NCBI GenBank assembly: GCA_964019425.1
Contig: OZ025797.1
Coordinates: forward strand, 1,054,001-1,118,000
Length of the DNA stretch: 64,000 bases
From: Flectonema sp. DT1601
Taxonomy: Eukaryota
Direction: 5' to 3'
Both the position numbers and the translations under genes were made by a program. Positions 34,694-46,833 of the stretch are shown here, piece by piece (positions within the stretch are counted from its first letter, which is position 1; every line of letters starts with the position of its first letter). The notes beneath the pieces are model-generated. The model searched no databases. It was not told the DNA's origin and saw nothing but the letters and a program-made list of their open reading frames with translations.

Positions 34694-34975
34694 AAATAAG
34701 TGATACAGGCCGCTATCAGCGATAGTTTTTTTTTTTGTCGGTTGTTTGAGCATATTTATAATGATATAAATATAAGCATTGTATCAAAAGTTTACTAAAA
34801 TAAACAATTAGTAATTTATGATACATGTTGACTAAAGGTAATGTTAGTATTGGTAAACACTCTGCAAATGTCGTAAAAAAACTCTAAATTATAATCAATC
34901 AATGGGGAATGACATGTACAGGCTAAGCGCTAACACATTCAACAGGCTGGAATGTGTAGACAGAACCACGCCTAA

Positions 34976-35539
34976 CTAGGATATAAGGCAGGCGCAGAAT
35001 TTATTTTCAAGGTCAAGGTGTGAACAGGGTTCTGTGCGATGAGATTTATTCGGAGAAACGACCATCTGCGGAATGGAGTCTTCCCTTTGAAGGTATTCCT
35101 CTGAACGAGGTGCTGGTGACATGGCGCTTCGTGGTCGGTTTGGAATATGACGAAAAGCCACTTCAATCTGTAAAGTTGTTCCTTTCATCATTGAGACTCT
35201 ACCTCGACGTCGTTGTTTACAATATTTGGTTAAGGATATTGACTTTTCTACTTGTTGGCAATCTGATGTCAGCATGAATGTTATTGTTACTGGATGATCA
35301 AGTACCCCATCTCTAGACACTCCAGCAACAATCATAAATTCACCCAACGATGTTAATGAACACCTGTTGTTATGCCAGACGGATAATCTGTAATCACTTC
35401 CATCCATTTTTAGTACAGAAATAGTTATCGTCACCAGCCCTTCTTGACCAGACCAACTTCCTGCATCACTAACACTGTAGCTGCCAATACTCTCAGCGTC
35501 GCTCAGGATTGCTTCGACTAATTCATCGTCTGTGAGCAT
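34976..35539 (-). CDS. Hypothetical protein, 187 aa, C-terminal CaaX (CLIS)
   Basis: ORF with beta-rich core; ends FCACLIS. Confidence 0.65.
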   Translation of the reverse strand: MLTDDELVEAILSDAESIGSYSVSDAGSWSGQEGLVTITISVLKMDGSDYRLSVWHNNRCSLTSLGEFMIVAGVSRDGVLDHPVTITFMLTSDCQQVEKSISLTKYCKQRRRGRVSMMKGTTLQIEVAFRHIPNRPRSAMSPAPRSEEYLQREDSIPQMVVSPNKSHRTEPCSHLDLENKFCACLIS

Positions 35540-36526
35540 CCTTCACCTCCTCCTGCATTACTTTGATATTTCTGATTCACCCCGTTTTCTCTCTTTTCAA
35601 AACTAATCTGTGTAGCGGTTGATGTGTACGTGTAACTGCGTTTAGGGGAAAAAAAGTGTTTAAAAAAGAAATTTAAGTGATGTTCTACTGATTGGTCTGT
35701 AATCACAAAGTTGCTGTTAAGAAAAAGAAAATATAATAAAAACGTGAATTAGGGGATGATGGCATCCAACTTATATCAAAAAATGGTACTTATTAAGTTT
35801 TAGTCGACAAAAATTAAAGGGAAAAAAAAAAGAAGGGGGGGGAAATTGTTTTAATTATTATTGAAGATTGTATGACCAATTGAAGAAAAAAGGACAGCTT
35901 GTTAGTGCCATTCACCAACGGAAGAAGAGAAGGGGAAAAAGATAACACCAAGCTCCAAACACAGTCATCTACTACACTGTCTTCACAGGTGTCTGTTTAG
36001 AACATTTTACAAACCAAAATCTTTTTTTTTTTTTTTTTTTTAAATCCCCTTCCCCAGAATTATGTCATTTTTCATCGTCGTAAAAGTCAACTTCCTTACA
36101 ACAATAAAAGGGGAAAAAAAAATATATAAGACGAAGATATATTAAAAAACGTATGGTTCTTTATGGAAATCTTCTTTTTTTTAAGATGCCCTAAAAAAGG
36201 CTTATCTCAACTATATCATCGCTCTCAGAAGTGCGGCTGCCTAAAACACGGACCAAGAAGTCTAACACGTGTGCAAGGTTTGGATCGACAACATAAAAAA
36301 GGTTTTTTTTTGTTTTTTTGCCCCTTCTTTTTGTTGTCGAAATCTGAAAAATTAGAAGAAAAAAAAAGAAAAAATAATGTATGAATTATAGGAAGTCAGT
36401 AAAAAATAAAAAAAATACATAAAAAAATACCAATCTGGTCCTTATCGACTGATCACATGTGCATTCTGTCAAAGACAGCTGCAGTACCGAAGGAGAATCT
36501 TGTCGCTCTTCGGAGCGACTAGAAGC

Positions 36527-36961
36527 CTACTTCGCAAAAGTAACTTCAGCAATATTAGGACCTTGTGTATCGCGGTATTTAATGGAAGATGAGTTTACAC
36601 AATGACGTTCATTAGTACTACAGAGACCCTCTCCAATGAATGCATGGCCAAGATGGCCATCACATGAAGCGCAGAGGATTTCCGTACGAACCATTCCAGC
36701 TGAAGAATCTTGTTTGATAGCAATTGATCCTTTGTATCCTTTATCAAATGCTGGCCATCCACAAGAAACTTTAAACTTTGAAGAAGCACTGTATAATGGA
36801 GTTCCACATCCTCTGCATTCAAAATGTCCTTCTTTTGGCATTGTCTTAGTGTACTCTCCAGAGTGTGCCATGTCTGTGTCAGCTTTGCGCAGTACACGAT
36901 ATTCCTTACTGGTTAGTTGCTTCTTCCATTCCTCGTCGGTTTTCTCAACTCTTTTTGTCAT
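36527..36961 (-). CDS. msrB: Methionine-R-sulfoxide reductase, no targeting extension
   Basis: CRGC, CGWPAF, RTEILCASCDGHLGH, RHCVNS; ATG at 36961 after GCTTACAG. Confidence 0.93.
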   Translation of the reverse strand: MTKRVEKTDEEWKKQLTSKEYRVLRKADTDMAHSGEYTKTMPKEGHFECRGCGTPLYSASSKFKVSCGWPAFDKGYKGSIAIKQDSSAGMVRTEILCASCDGHLGHAFIGEGLCSTNERHCVNSSSIKYRDTQGPNIAEVTFAK

Positions 36962-37923
36962 TGTTTTGTGTATGGGAACTGTAAGCATTGGGTGAGAGTT
37001 AAACAACACATACACAAGACGGTATCGCTAGTCGCATAGTTGTCCTTCCTATTGTCATAAAAGGATACTTTTATCAGAGAGTTCTTAAGACACATCGACA
37101 CTAATGCCTAACCATAGTTTGCTGAGGTTTATTAATTTTTTTTTTTTTTTTTTTGCAACAAAAAATGAAAAGGGGAAGGGAAAAAAAAAAAAAAGATGGA
37201 AGAAAAAGTGAAAGTGTATCCAACAATTTAACAATGAATTGCAGCTGTATGAGTCTCAAGGACGTGCAAATGCGTACTACCCAAGACAAGTTGAGAAAGG
37301 GAATGGTGCGAGACAAAAAGCAGAATTGCCGAAGCAGCTATCCAGCTGGCTCTTGTTGTATTTTGACATCGCAAAAGAAAAAAAGCAGACAGATTGAACA
37401 TACGAGAGGAAATAATAGAAAATTAATCAGAACTTTAATCTCTTGATAAAACACAAGAGAAAACAAGTTAAATAAGAGAAAACAACATCCATAATAATAA
37501 GATTAAGCCCTTAAAGGGCCGCCAGTAACAAACGGATTATCTTTTTTTTTTCTTTTTTTTTTCCCTTTTTTTTTTTTTTGAGAAGAATTTATTTCCTTCA
37601 AGCATTGAAAGAAAAAAGAAGAAAAAAAGAAAAGTTTTTACTGGTCGTATCTTAATACGTAAATTTAAAGTTTTTTTTTTTCTTTTTTTTTTTTCCCTTT
37701 CTATTTCTCCCCTTTCATTTTTTTTTTTTTTTTTTTTAAAAATCATCATTCAGACACCTCAGCGAAAAGTAAAGAATAATTTTGTCAAGAGAGCAACACA
37801 TACAAGGCGGAAAACTATCCCTTTTTAATATTATTTATTGTTATATATAAAAAAACGGATGGAAAAAAAAAAACGAATTGCTTAAATAAGTAAGCAAGAT
37901 AAGCAATAACTAACAGTAAGCTA

Positions 37924-38436
37924 CTATACAACAAAGGTTACTTCTGGTACTTTAGGTGGTTTTTGATCAATATAGTGAATGGAGGAAGAGTTGACGCAGT
38001 GGCGTTCATTTGTTTCAGTGTATCCCTCGCCAACGAAAACGTGGCCAATGTGACTATCGCATCCAACACAACGAACTTCATTTCTTGACATCCCGTGAGA
38101 TGAGTCTGACCTTGTTTTGATGTGACCTTTGAAACCTTTTGAAAAGGCTGGCCATCCACATCCACACTTAAACTTCGCTCTCCAACTGTATAAAGGAGTG
38201 CCACATGCCCGACATTGAAAATATCCGCTTGTAGGCATCGCCTTATTATATAATCCTGTATTTGGTCTATCAGTACCACATTGTCTCATGACGAGGAATT
38301 CTTGCGCAGATAACATCTTTCTCCAAGTTTCGTTAGGTCTTTCACATCTTCGTGCATCCTGCTTGTATTGACCGTTAACCTTACCTCTTGGAGGTGAAAG
38401 CGTGCAAGTTACTGCTGAAGTACACGCTGATCCCAT
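37924..38436 (-). CDS. msrB: Methionine-R-sulfoxide reductase with MGSAC acylation-type N-terminus
   Basis: CRAC, CGWPAF, CVGCDSHIGHVF, RHCVNS. Confidence 0.93.
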   Translation of the reverse strand: MGSACTSAVTCTLSPPRGKVNGQYKQDARRCERPNETWRKMLSAQEFLVMRQCGTDRPNTGLYNKAMPTSGYFQCRACGTPLYSWRAKFKCGCGWPAFSKGFKGHIKTRSDSSHGMSRNEVRCVGCDSHIGHVFVGEGYTETNERHCVNSSSIHYIDQKPPKVPEVTFVV

Positions 38437-38568
38437 CTTTTTGTTGTTGTTGTTTTGTTAAGCTGATGTAGAGATATTAATAAAAATGTTATGAACAACA
38501 CTAACCTGTGACTTGGACTTTGGGTGATGAAGTATTTCCTAAAAAGATTAAGTAAACAAACGACAAAT

Positions 38569-39087
38569 CTATTTCTGTACCGCGACAGTACCTTCCGATA
38601 CTTCTGGAGGTGGTGCGTCGGTGTAGTGAATTGAAGTACTGTTGACGCAATGACGTTCGTTGGTATCACAGAGATTCTCTCCAATAAAAACATGCCCGAG
38701 ATGACCATCGCAACCAGCGCATAGTATTTCTGTTCGAGGCATTGTTGGCACAGAATTATCTGCTTTTGTATTTACGTGGTTTTTATAACTTTGAGAAAAT
38801 GATGGCCATCCACAAAAGCAGACAAATTTCGAACTTGCGCTGTAGAGAGGAGTACCGCAACCACTGCATTGAAAATATCCTGTCTTCGGTAAAAGTGTTG
38901 TATAACCAGTTTTTGAAGGGCTATCTGTGTGTCCCATTCTGAGAATTGTATATTCTTTTTCAGATAATATTGCTTTCCATTCATCGTTGGTTTTCTCAAC
39001 CCGAGCAGCTGTTTGTTTGTACTTTCCATCAATCATTCCCCGTGGTGTTGATGAGACACATCTCACTAATCTGGTAACACGAAACAT
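38569..39087 (-). CDS. msrB: Methionine-R-sulfoxide reductase with mitochondrial presequence-like N-terminus
   Basis: MFRVTRLVRC; CSGC, CGWPSF, CAGCDGHLGHVF, RHCVNS. Confidence 0.93.
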   Translation of the reverse strand: MFRVTRLVRCVSSTPRGMIDGKYKQTAARVEKTNDEWKAILSEKEYTILRMGHTDSPSKTGYTTLLPKTGYFQCSGCGTPLYSASSKFVCFCGWPSFSQSYKNHVNTKADNSVPTMPRTEILCAGCDGHLGHVFIGENLCDTNERHCVNSTSIHYTDAPPPEVSEGTVAVQK

Positions 39088-39264
39088 ATAAACTGCAATG
39101 AGAATTAATATTATTTACTCAGTTCGGTATTGAAATCACTTTTTTTTATGAATCTCCAGACAGCATCCTCAACAATAGTCGTAACACAGATCACATAATC
39201 TAACAGAGAAAGAGATAAACTCTCCTTCTTAAATAGAAATTCAAATTACAACAGAGACACACCG

Positions 39265-40110
39265 TTAATCTTTCTCAACACTGTATGTCGGAAGGGTCTT
39301 CGAAACGTTGAATAATTGTTCTCTGGGAGTCTCTTGAAGTATTTTCTCATTTCCCATAACAACTTTCCACGCACCTCTTTTGATTGATCGGTCCAATACT
39401 CCTGGAGGCCATCCACAGAAACCGTTCATGATTAGAGGGGGAGAGAATCTTTCCATTTTTATAAAAGTCACGTCGGGATCAAAAAAAAACGAACTTCCAC
39501 TCTGAACATGCGGAGAGCTATATCGAGAAGCAAACTTAGAGTCGCTGTGAACTAACACTTTATGTCCACGATGACCACAAGGACCTCCGTCAAGAGATAT
39601 TTGACGACCGATTTCCGAATGTTCAAAAGTTTTCTTTTTGGCTGTTGATAAAGACTTGTTTAATATATAACCAATAACTCCTCCAGTAGGATGACATGTC
39701 GTAATTAAAACAACGCAATTATTAAATTTAGGGCCGGCTCCAGAAGTTGCGTACATCCACATACCAGGTTTTAGTTTACTTTTTTCAACAGATGCTTTAT
39801 ATTGTGTCATATTTCGATAAAGATATGTCGCTTCAGGAAGGCTGTTGATGTCTACTGTTGCTGGTTGTCTGGTTGCCCAATTCTGCCACTGGGCTTTCAT
39901 GGGAGCCGTTTCTTCAACAGTTTTTGATTTCCTGTCCTTACCATCTGATATGCGCTCGTATGCATTTTGAATTTCTTTAAATTTTTTTTCACAACCTCCG
40001 CTTATATCAGGATGGGTTTCTCTAACCAAACGAAGATAAGCAGACCGAACAACAGCTTTAGCAGAAAGATTGGCAACGCCGAGTACCTTATAAGGACTTA
40101 TTGGAGGCAT
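39265..40110 (-). CDS. DnaJ-domain protein fused to a DUF179 (YqgE/AlgH)-like domain
   Basis: PYKVLG...HPD...FKEIQNAYE; GYILNK, DGGP, GFCGWPPGVL...GAW. Confidence 0.8.
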   Translation of the reverse strand: MPPISPYKVLGVANLSAKAVVRSAYLRLVRETHPDISGGCEKKFKEIQNAYERISDGKDRKSKTVEETAPMKAQWQNWATRQPATVDINSLPEATYLYRNMTQYKASVEKSKLKPGMWMYATSGAGPKFNNCVVLITTCHPTGGVIGYILNKSLSTAKKKTFEHSEIGRQISLDGGPCGHRGHKVLVHSDSKFASRYSSPHVQSGSSFFFDPDVTFIKMERFSPPLIMNGFCGWPPGVLDRSIKRGAWKVVMGNEKILQETPREQLFNVSKTLPTYSVEKD

Positions 40111-40223
40111 TTATTACATTTAGTAGATGGCCTACGAAAGGAAGAATACTTTTAATGATTAAGAAAAGATAATTAACTATCCCCCCTCACAGTCCTTTGA
40201 TATTATAATTAAACAAATGATTC

Positions 40224-41483
40224 TCAACAGATGATTGGACTACCTATTCTAAGTGGTGCCGACTTCTTGAGTGATTTGTATTTGTCTGAGTTGATATTTT
40301 TATCAAAAACGAAGACGGCAGCATCTAAACAAGAAAGAGGGACATGGGCAGGACCGTTTGAAAGATATGGCAACCGTGCGATACGTTTTAAGGTAATATG
40401 AGACCCTCCTCCGTGATGTTGTAGAATGTAATCAGCGAACCACGCAGCTGCGAATTCCCATGCGGACTCTTTGTTTGTTGTTGGAGGCCAAAGTAGCTCT
40501 TGATGTTCCCCAAGACGGTATTGAACTTGACGAAGAGGTAGTGGGAGTGATATGATAATACGACCACCCGGATTGGTATTCGAAATTACTTCGTCAAGCA
40601 TTTCCCTAATAGAATAACATCTATCCAAAACATTTAAACACAACACGATATCATGACGATCTATATTTCTAATGGTTCCAGTCAGGTGTGTTTTAAATCC
40701 TTTCTTTCTTAAAGCTTTGCAAAGCCTCTTACTAATCTCAGTAGCCGATACAACAGTAGGCTTCAATTGATCAGACCAGAGTTTAGTAGCTGAACCATTA
40801 CCAGCGCCAACATCTAATAAGCTTTCAGTACTTCCTTTGTAGTCTGACATTAAATCAGTTATGTTATTTGGTGAAAATTGAAATGTTTTCCCAGATGACA
40901 TAATCTCAGCTGCATCATATCGATAACAACCGTAGTCAACTAGTTTACAGTAAATTTTATATCTCCAGTAAGGGATTGGTGAATACACCGAATCTGTGAT
41001 AAATATTTTGGTGTGCTCATCAGTTTTAAGCGGTTTGAAAAGAGATTCATTTTGTGAAATGCAAGATTCACACCGACCTTCCTTTTGCTGTAATCCTGAC
41101 AACTCAGGGAATGCTGAATCGATAACATATCGCAGTGTTACCGTAGCTCTCTGAGCATCTAAAGCTGGGTATAAACTTGGCCATGGAACACCATGTTTTA
41201 CTCTGACGTCCTCCAGAGTAGAGGTATTGATGTACAACTTTTCTGGTGGCCATTTTAATTTAATAAAATCAATCCTACCACCATCCTGTGTAATATAAGT
41301 ATCAACTTCCTTACTGCCATCTGCTGTCTTCGTTGTTAATATAGCACCCCTTGCTACTTCATCAGTTGGTGTCTTCTTAATATCTTCTCCTATTTCTCTA
41401 ACTGTGAAGGGTTCTTCATTGGTTTCTCTATTTACTTTGACGGGAAATTGTAGGTTGAGTCGAGTTACGGTTTTTCGGATCAT
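40224..41483 (-). CDS. METTL9/DREV-like class I SAM methyltransferase
   Basis: LLDVGAGNG, ATEIS, CLNVLDRC, RLPYLSNG; start placed at MIRKTV (ATG 41483), uncertain. Confidence 0.8.
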   Translation of the reverse strand: MIRKTVTRLNLQFPVKVNRETNEEPFTVREIGEDIKKTPTDEVARGAILTTKTADGSKEVDTYITQDGGRIDFIKLKWPPEKLYINTSTLEDVRVKHGVPWPSLYPALDAQRATVTLRYVIDSAFPELSGLQQKEGRCESCISQNESLFKPLKTDEHTKIFITDSVYSPIPYWRYKIYCKLVDYGCYRYDAAEIMSSGKTFQFSPNNITDLMSDYKGSTESLLDVGAGNGSATKLWSDQLKPTVVSATEISKRLCKALRKKGFKTHLTGTIRNIDRHDIVLCLNVLDRCYSIREMLDEVISNTNPGGRIIISLPLPLRQVQYRLGEHQELLWPPTTNKESAWEFAAAWFADYILQHHGGGSHITLKRIARLPYLSNGPAHVPLSCLDAAVFVFDKNINSDKYKSLKKSAPLRIGSPIIC

Positions 41484-42660
41484 TATATTATTGCTTTGGT
41501 TTGGTGGTTTAAAAAAATATTTATATTCGATTATCATACAACAATAAATAATTTTTAAAAAAAAAAAAAAATTAAAAAAACGGAGTAGCAGCGACCATAT
41601 TGTTGTTCTGTTAGAATGAAAGAAATCAACCAAATCGGAATCTTTTCACAAAAACAAAGCGTTGCTTCCAATTTTCAAAACCATAAGACCTTTTACTCTT
41701 TTGAGATGAGGGCGAGTGTCCAACACGTTGATTTTAATATTTTTTTTAAGATACCAAACTGCTCCATCAGACAGAATCACAGCAGAGTGAAGATAGATAT
41801 CAACGAGGACACATCAGACTCTTAAGTACAGATATTATTACAACACAACTACTTATTTAGACTCCGATAGTATAATAGTATAATCAAATATTTGAGTAGC
41901 TGTCGTGAGGCTGAAATACCAATCTGTTTCCCTCACTGTCAAAGACACAAAACTGCACACCAACACTGTTTCTGAATGCAGTCTTTTTACAATAGTTCGG
42001 TGGTGTGAGGAAAAGGAAGCACAAGAATGGAATATAAAAAACAGGGATGGTGAAAAAAGGAAGAAGAAGAAGAAGAAGAAGAAGAAGAGGGAAAGCAAAG
42101 GAAAAAAAAAAAGAAAAGGGGAAAAAAAAAAAAAAAAAAAACAATAAAATTATCAAATATTCGTTACAATCACCAAGATCAGTGAAGCATGTCCCAAATC
42201 TAAAAAAAAATTGAAAAGGAAGAAAAAAAAAAATAATTAAAAAAAAAAGGGGGATAAATTGATAGCCCTGTATTATCAAAGGGGAAAAAAAGACGAATCG
42301 CTCCTTCAGTTTGCTACAGCATTCCATCTGAACGCATCATGATTTCAATCGAAATCAGATTATTACTTAATAAACGAGTCAGTAATGTGTTTATATCCAA
42401 CACAGTATTCCTTCTCCCTTTGTACTGTCAATATGGTCGGACGGGAATTGTGTTCTGGAAAGACTATCACAAAGAAGATAAATCAAAGGATCATAATATC
42501 AACTTCAATAAAGCAGTAATACAGTAATGTGAATAGTGTGCTGTTGTAGCGACTCAAGGATAAGTCAACTCTTCTCAGTATTCGTAAAAGACTTATTAAT
42601 ATTTACGATCTCAACGTTGTGAACATGAACAAGAAGTCTCACGGAATTCCAGTTATATGA

Positions 42661-44331
42661 TTACCGACCGTTACTTTTTGTCTTAACCCAGACAGCACCA
42701 TTTCCAATTTCCTTCATGTGGATCTTGACAGGCTGACCACTCCAACTTTCAAGTAAGGAAGTGACTTGACTGAGATCTTTCTCAAGATTCTGAGACTGCA
42801 ACCCATCGTCACGTTCCTTAGTACATAATAAACATAAAGGATGAGGACCTGCTTTACAATATGACACTGGGCTTAGTGGTGGTAGTGATTTGTCACATAT
42901 TTTACACTTTGCGTCCTTAAACAACCCACCATGAGGAATCTGAATGTGGATAATCTGCCTGTATGTGTCCCTAAACGCGACTAATAATTTTAATTTACTT
43001 ATTTCGTTGACGTCTCTGCTTAAGACTTCCATTGTGAAAGGATCTTCGACATGGAGTCCCTTTGCTTTGGATGTGACTTCTTGGTATGGTCGACTGATGC
43101 TAATTGTCCTGTTTAAGGCTTCTTCTGAAACAAAGAATTGAAAAAACGATGTTATGTAATTCCCTGCATCACTTATAGTCTTCGAGTCAACAGTTTTTGA
43201 TAACGACGGTGGTGGACTTTTTGGAAATTGCTTACAGCTATTCAAAGCTATCGAAGAAGGAGTAATAAATGTTATATTTCCCTTTGCAAGTTGACAATGT
43301 ATGTACATAATAATTAGTATTGAGGGAGTCAGGTTACATGACGTGAATAGCTTTGCTTTTATTGCCCAAGCAACGCTTGCTATTGCAGCAACCATGTGTC
43401 CAGGTTGCATCAAATACCTGCGTAAAAGTTCTGATAGAGTAACGTCAGAGGCGTTTATTGACAAACATGTCGCACCAACAAAAGCAGAAGGTGTTCCCGA
43501 TGAGAAAACAGCACCAGGAATGTTAATAAAGCACTTTACTGCTGCTTGTTGACTAGGGAATACTGCTGTTATCGATGTTACTGCTCTGCTGTTTGGCAAT
43601 TCGAATTCACATTTGATGTTGTTTAGCTGTCTTCGGACTTCCTTTATTTTTGATGATGACCCTTCCCACGTGAGGGTAGTGCGATTTCCGGCTTTCTGCT
43701 CTCCCTTTTTTACCACCACACACGTATCACCACAAGCCAGAGATACATCTCCCGTAAACGGAAGGGACTTTACTGCTGTGTAGAGTTCAGAGATGCTGCA
43801 ATTTCCAATGTGAGTAAAACTTATTTCACCCTGCTGCGTTGGAATTGATTGAAGACTTGTAATGTATGTATCACCTCCAAGTGTCTGACTAAGTCCATCT
43901 TGAATTTGAGCGTGATGCTCTTTGATGTGGTCATTACCACTTTGTGTTTCTATATAAGGAAAAGCAAACAGAGTTGTTGCAATGCCCCAGGATTCTGATG
44001 ATATCAACTTACCAGAAGTTGGAACATACGCTGATACAGTTTTTTTCAAAGACACCAGCTGTGCCAACAGGTCGGAGTGAGACACCTTCATGTGATCTTC
44101 TAAACCTTCAACAAGAGTTTCAGTTTTGCAATATGGACAAAGTTTTTTAACAGATTTCTTATTACTGATTATTTTCACGTTAGAATTGGTTCTCGCAACC
44201 AAATCTGCGACGAACATTCCTTGCGATCGACACATCGCATGTAATTCCGCTAATAGATCCCTCGCAGAGCCATCCTTACCGACAGCTCTCCTCACTTGTT
44301 CTTCATTCCAAAGATCAAGGCGAGTTGCCAT
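42661..44331 (-). CDS. Degenerate TUTase/non-canonical poly(A) polymerase-like protein with zinc fingers (556 aa)
   Basis: SELLRRY...VAWA...LTPSILIIMYIH, FFQFF, TISI, LHVEDPF; CPYC..H....H finger; C-terminal Cys/His cluster. Confidence 0.7.
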   Translation of the reverse strand: MATRLDLWNEEQVRRAVGKDGSARDLLAELHAMCRSQGMFVADLVARTNSNVKIISNKKSVKKLCPYCKTETLVEGLEDHMKVSHSDLLAQLVSLKKTVSAYVPTSGKLISSESWGIATTLFAFPYIETQSGNDHIKEHHAQIQDGLSQTLGGDTYITSLQSIPTQQGEISFTHIGNCSISELYTAVKSLPFTGDVSLACGDTCVVVKKGEQKAGNRTTLTWEGSSSKIKEVRRQLNNIKCEFELPNSRAVTSITAVFPSQQAAVKCFINIPGAVFSSGTPSAFVGATCLSINASDVTLSELLRRYLMQPGHMVAAIASVAWAIKAKLFTSCNLTPSILIIMYIHCQLAKGNITFITPSSIALNSCKQFPKSPPPSLSKTVDSKTISDAGNYITSFFQFFVSEEALNRTISISRPYQEVTSKAKGLHVEDPFTMEVLSRDVNEISKLKLLVAFRDTYRQIIHIQIPHGGLFKDAKCKICDKSLPPLSPVSYCKAGPHPLCLLCTKERDDGLQSQNLEKDLSQVTSLLESWSGQPVKIHMKEIGNGAVWVKTKSNGR

Positions 44332-45323
44332 TAATTTTGTGTTCCGTTGCTAGATATCCTGAGTGATCAATTAGTGATAGGGAATTAGGTTATAGTTATG
44401 TAAAAATAAAAACAAGAAAGGTTACTGCTGTGACTGCTCCATTTTGTAAAGTGCTCTGATGAGGTAATTGGGATTAGTTGACGCCGGGTATCTTTTTTTT
44501 TTTTTTTTTTTTTTTTTTCCATTTTGATCCCAATTGTAATCTCATCGGAATTTGTGGTTTTTTCTGGGAGGAGGGGAGGGGGTGGTGGTGAGTTTGGTTG
44601 TACTTTTCTTCTTTTCACTTGGGGAAAGTCGCTCACGGTTTTCCTTGATAGAGGTTCTCTTCTTCTTCTTCCCTCTGAAAGCATGCCTCAAGGACAACAA
44701 AAAGGAAGTGGGAAAAATTGAAGGGGAGGATGGAGAAGAGGTAACTACAGCTAGAAACAAAAAAAATCACATCCCCTTCACTCTCCTCCAGTTTATTTTA
44801 TTTATTTTTTTTTTCAACTTCCTTGAATACGACTAAGACCAGACATAAATAATGTTATCCCTGACTATCCTTCACTGTTCCATGCCAGCTACTGCTGATC
44901 CGCACGGATGAAAAGGGGGGAAGAGAGCTGAAAGGAAACAGTTATTTCTTCAGGAAGGTTGTTGGAAAGAGGCATTTGACACTCTCCACAATTTCCTGGA
45001 TTGCTTTTCTGTCTTTGGAGCGCAATCGCGGTTACAGAGCATAAAAGAGAAAAAAATGAAAAGAAGAAAAAAAAAAATAAAGAATACAAAAAGAACCAGA
45101 AAAAAGAAGAAAAAAAAAAACCTAGGAAAAAAGGAGGAGGAAAAAAAAAACAAATCCCTCAGGATCCCGGATATACGGAAATATATGATGAGATTTTCAA
45201 CTATTTTTCCCCTTTTTCTTTTTTTTTTTTTTTTTTCTTTTTTCCCCTTCCATTTATATTCCTCACAGTGTATCTTGTCCAACTAAAATGATTAGCGGAC
45301 TGCAGTTAAGTAATTCAAACTTT

Positions 45324-45363
<40 letters not shown>

Positions 45364-46796
45364 TAAGGGAGGAAGAGGACAGAGGGAAAGTTTCAGCAAG
45401 ATCCTACCCACAAGATCAAAAGGCCGAATGCTGTGGTTAAAGTAGTCAACGGCATCATGCTGGTAGCAAAATCAAAGCGGGGTACAACCGTCTGGATACA
45501 AAGAAAACGATATATACCACCTCCCCTTACATCTAGTGGAATGCATGATGTGGCATATATGAGGGAGGAATTGAACACGATTAAAACAAATAAAAACTGC
45601 CGGCTTCCCCACATTTTTCCTCCCAATTCCATACAAAACAAAGAGAGGAAAAGAGGACTTTTCGGAGATTCTTCTGCTGAAGTTCCTAAAGGGTAACCCC
45701 TTGCAAAATGAACAAACATAATAAAAAAAAGGTCAGCAGTTTCTCCAGAATATTTTTTTTTTTTTTTTTTTCCTTTTCCCCCGCTACTTGTCACCATCAC
45801 AAGAGAAAAAAAGAAAAAAACTTCGCAAAAAATTGCTGTTATCAGTGTTTTAAAAAAAAAAAATTCAAAAAAAAAAAAAAAAAAAATAAGGAAGGGGGAA
45901 AAAAAAAAAAATACCATCATATCGCGCGACAACCTGTCAGCCTGATAACAGTGAAAAGAAAAAGCTATTCGCATTGGGTCAGATCAAGGAAACTAAAATA
46001 AAAAAATAAAGAGAAAAAAAAAAGAAGAAAAAAAAAGGGGGTAATTTGAAAAACAGAAGCTTAATATGCATACTATCGTCAGAAAAAGACTTGTTTGCTG
46101 TGAAAGTGATGCCGAAGCTACTGGTTAAGAATTGCAGCAAGTGGCACCAGATTTTCTCTGACTTGTTTTTTTTTTTCCCATTCCGATAACACCAACAGAA
46201 GCATCGGAGCGGGCCAACTTGATGAGGAGGGAAAAAAGTGAGACAAAAAAATGCACACAAAAAAAAAAAAAAAGAAAAAAAAATCTACTCGGGAATGTGT
46301 ATCCTACCCAACGATTGGGTAAAAAAAATAAATAAATTACGAAGCTATCCTGCTGCAATCATTGACAGGCCTAGTACTACAACGTAAGTCATCAGCTTGC
46401 AGGGTATGACACCTGCTGCTGTTGATTAGATTCGATGGGGAATTAACTATAAAAATAACACACAGGGAAACATAAACCCACTGGTCTGCCATGCAGGGTT
46501 CCGACGAAACTAATGGGACACACTGGCGGAGGGAATGCACAATTGGGGAAAAACGACCCTTTTTCCGAAAATGCCACCAGACACTAATAAGTATCTAGAC
46601 TGTTTGCGGGACGTTAGATTCACTCATGTTAGTGGTAGTAAAAAATGGGAGTGCAAAACGTAAAACCTAAAGGATTAAAAAAAAGGTCGAAGTATTAGTT
46701 ACACCTGTCTATTGACTTTCAAATTAAGGCAAACGCTACTTACCCGTTGCATGAATCTCCCTTCAACCACAATTAATGTTTGCGTAAGTTTCTTAT

Positions 46797-46833
<37 letters not shown>

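Noticed and set aside
36527..39087. Selenocysteine-containing MsrB
   Set aside because: All three have Cys codons in RHCVNS and no in-frame TGA
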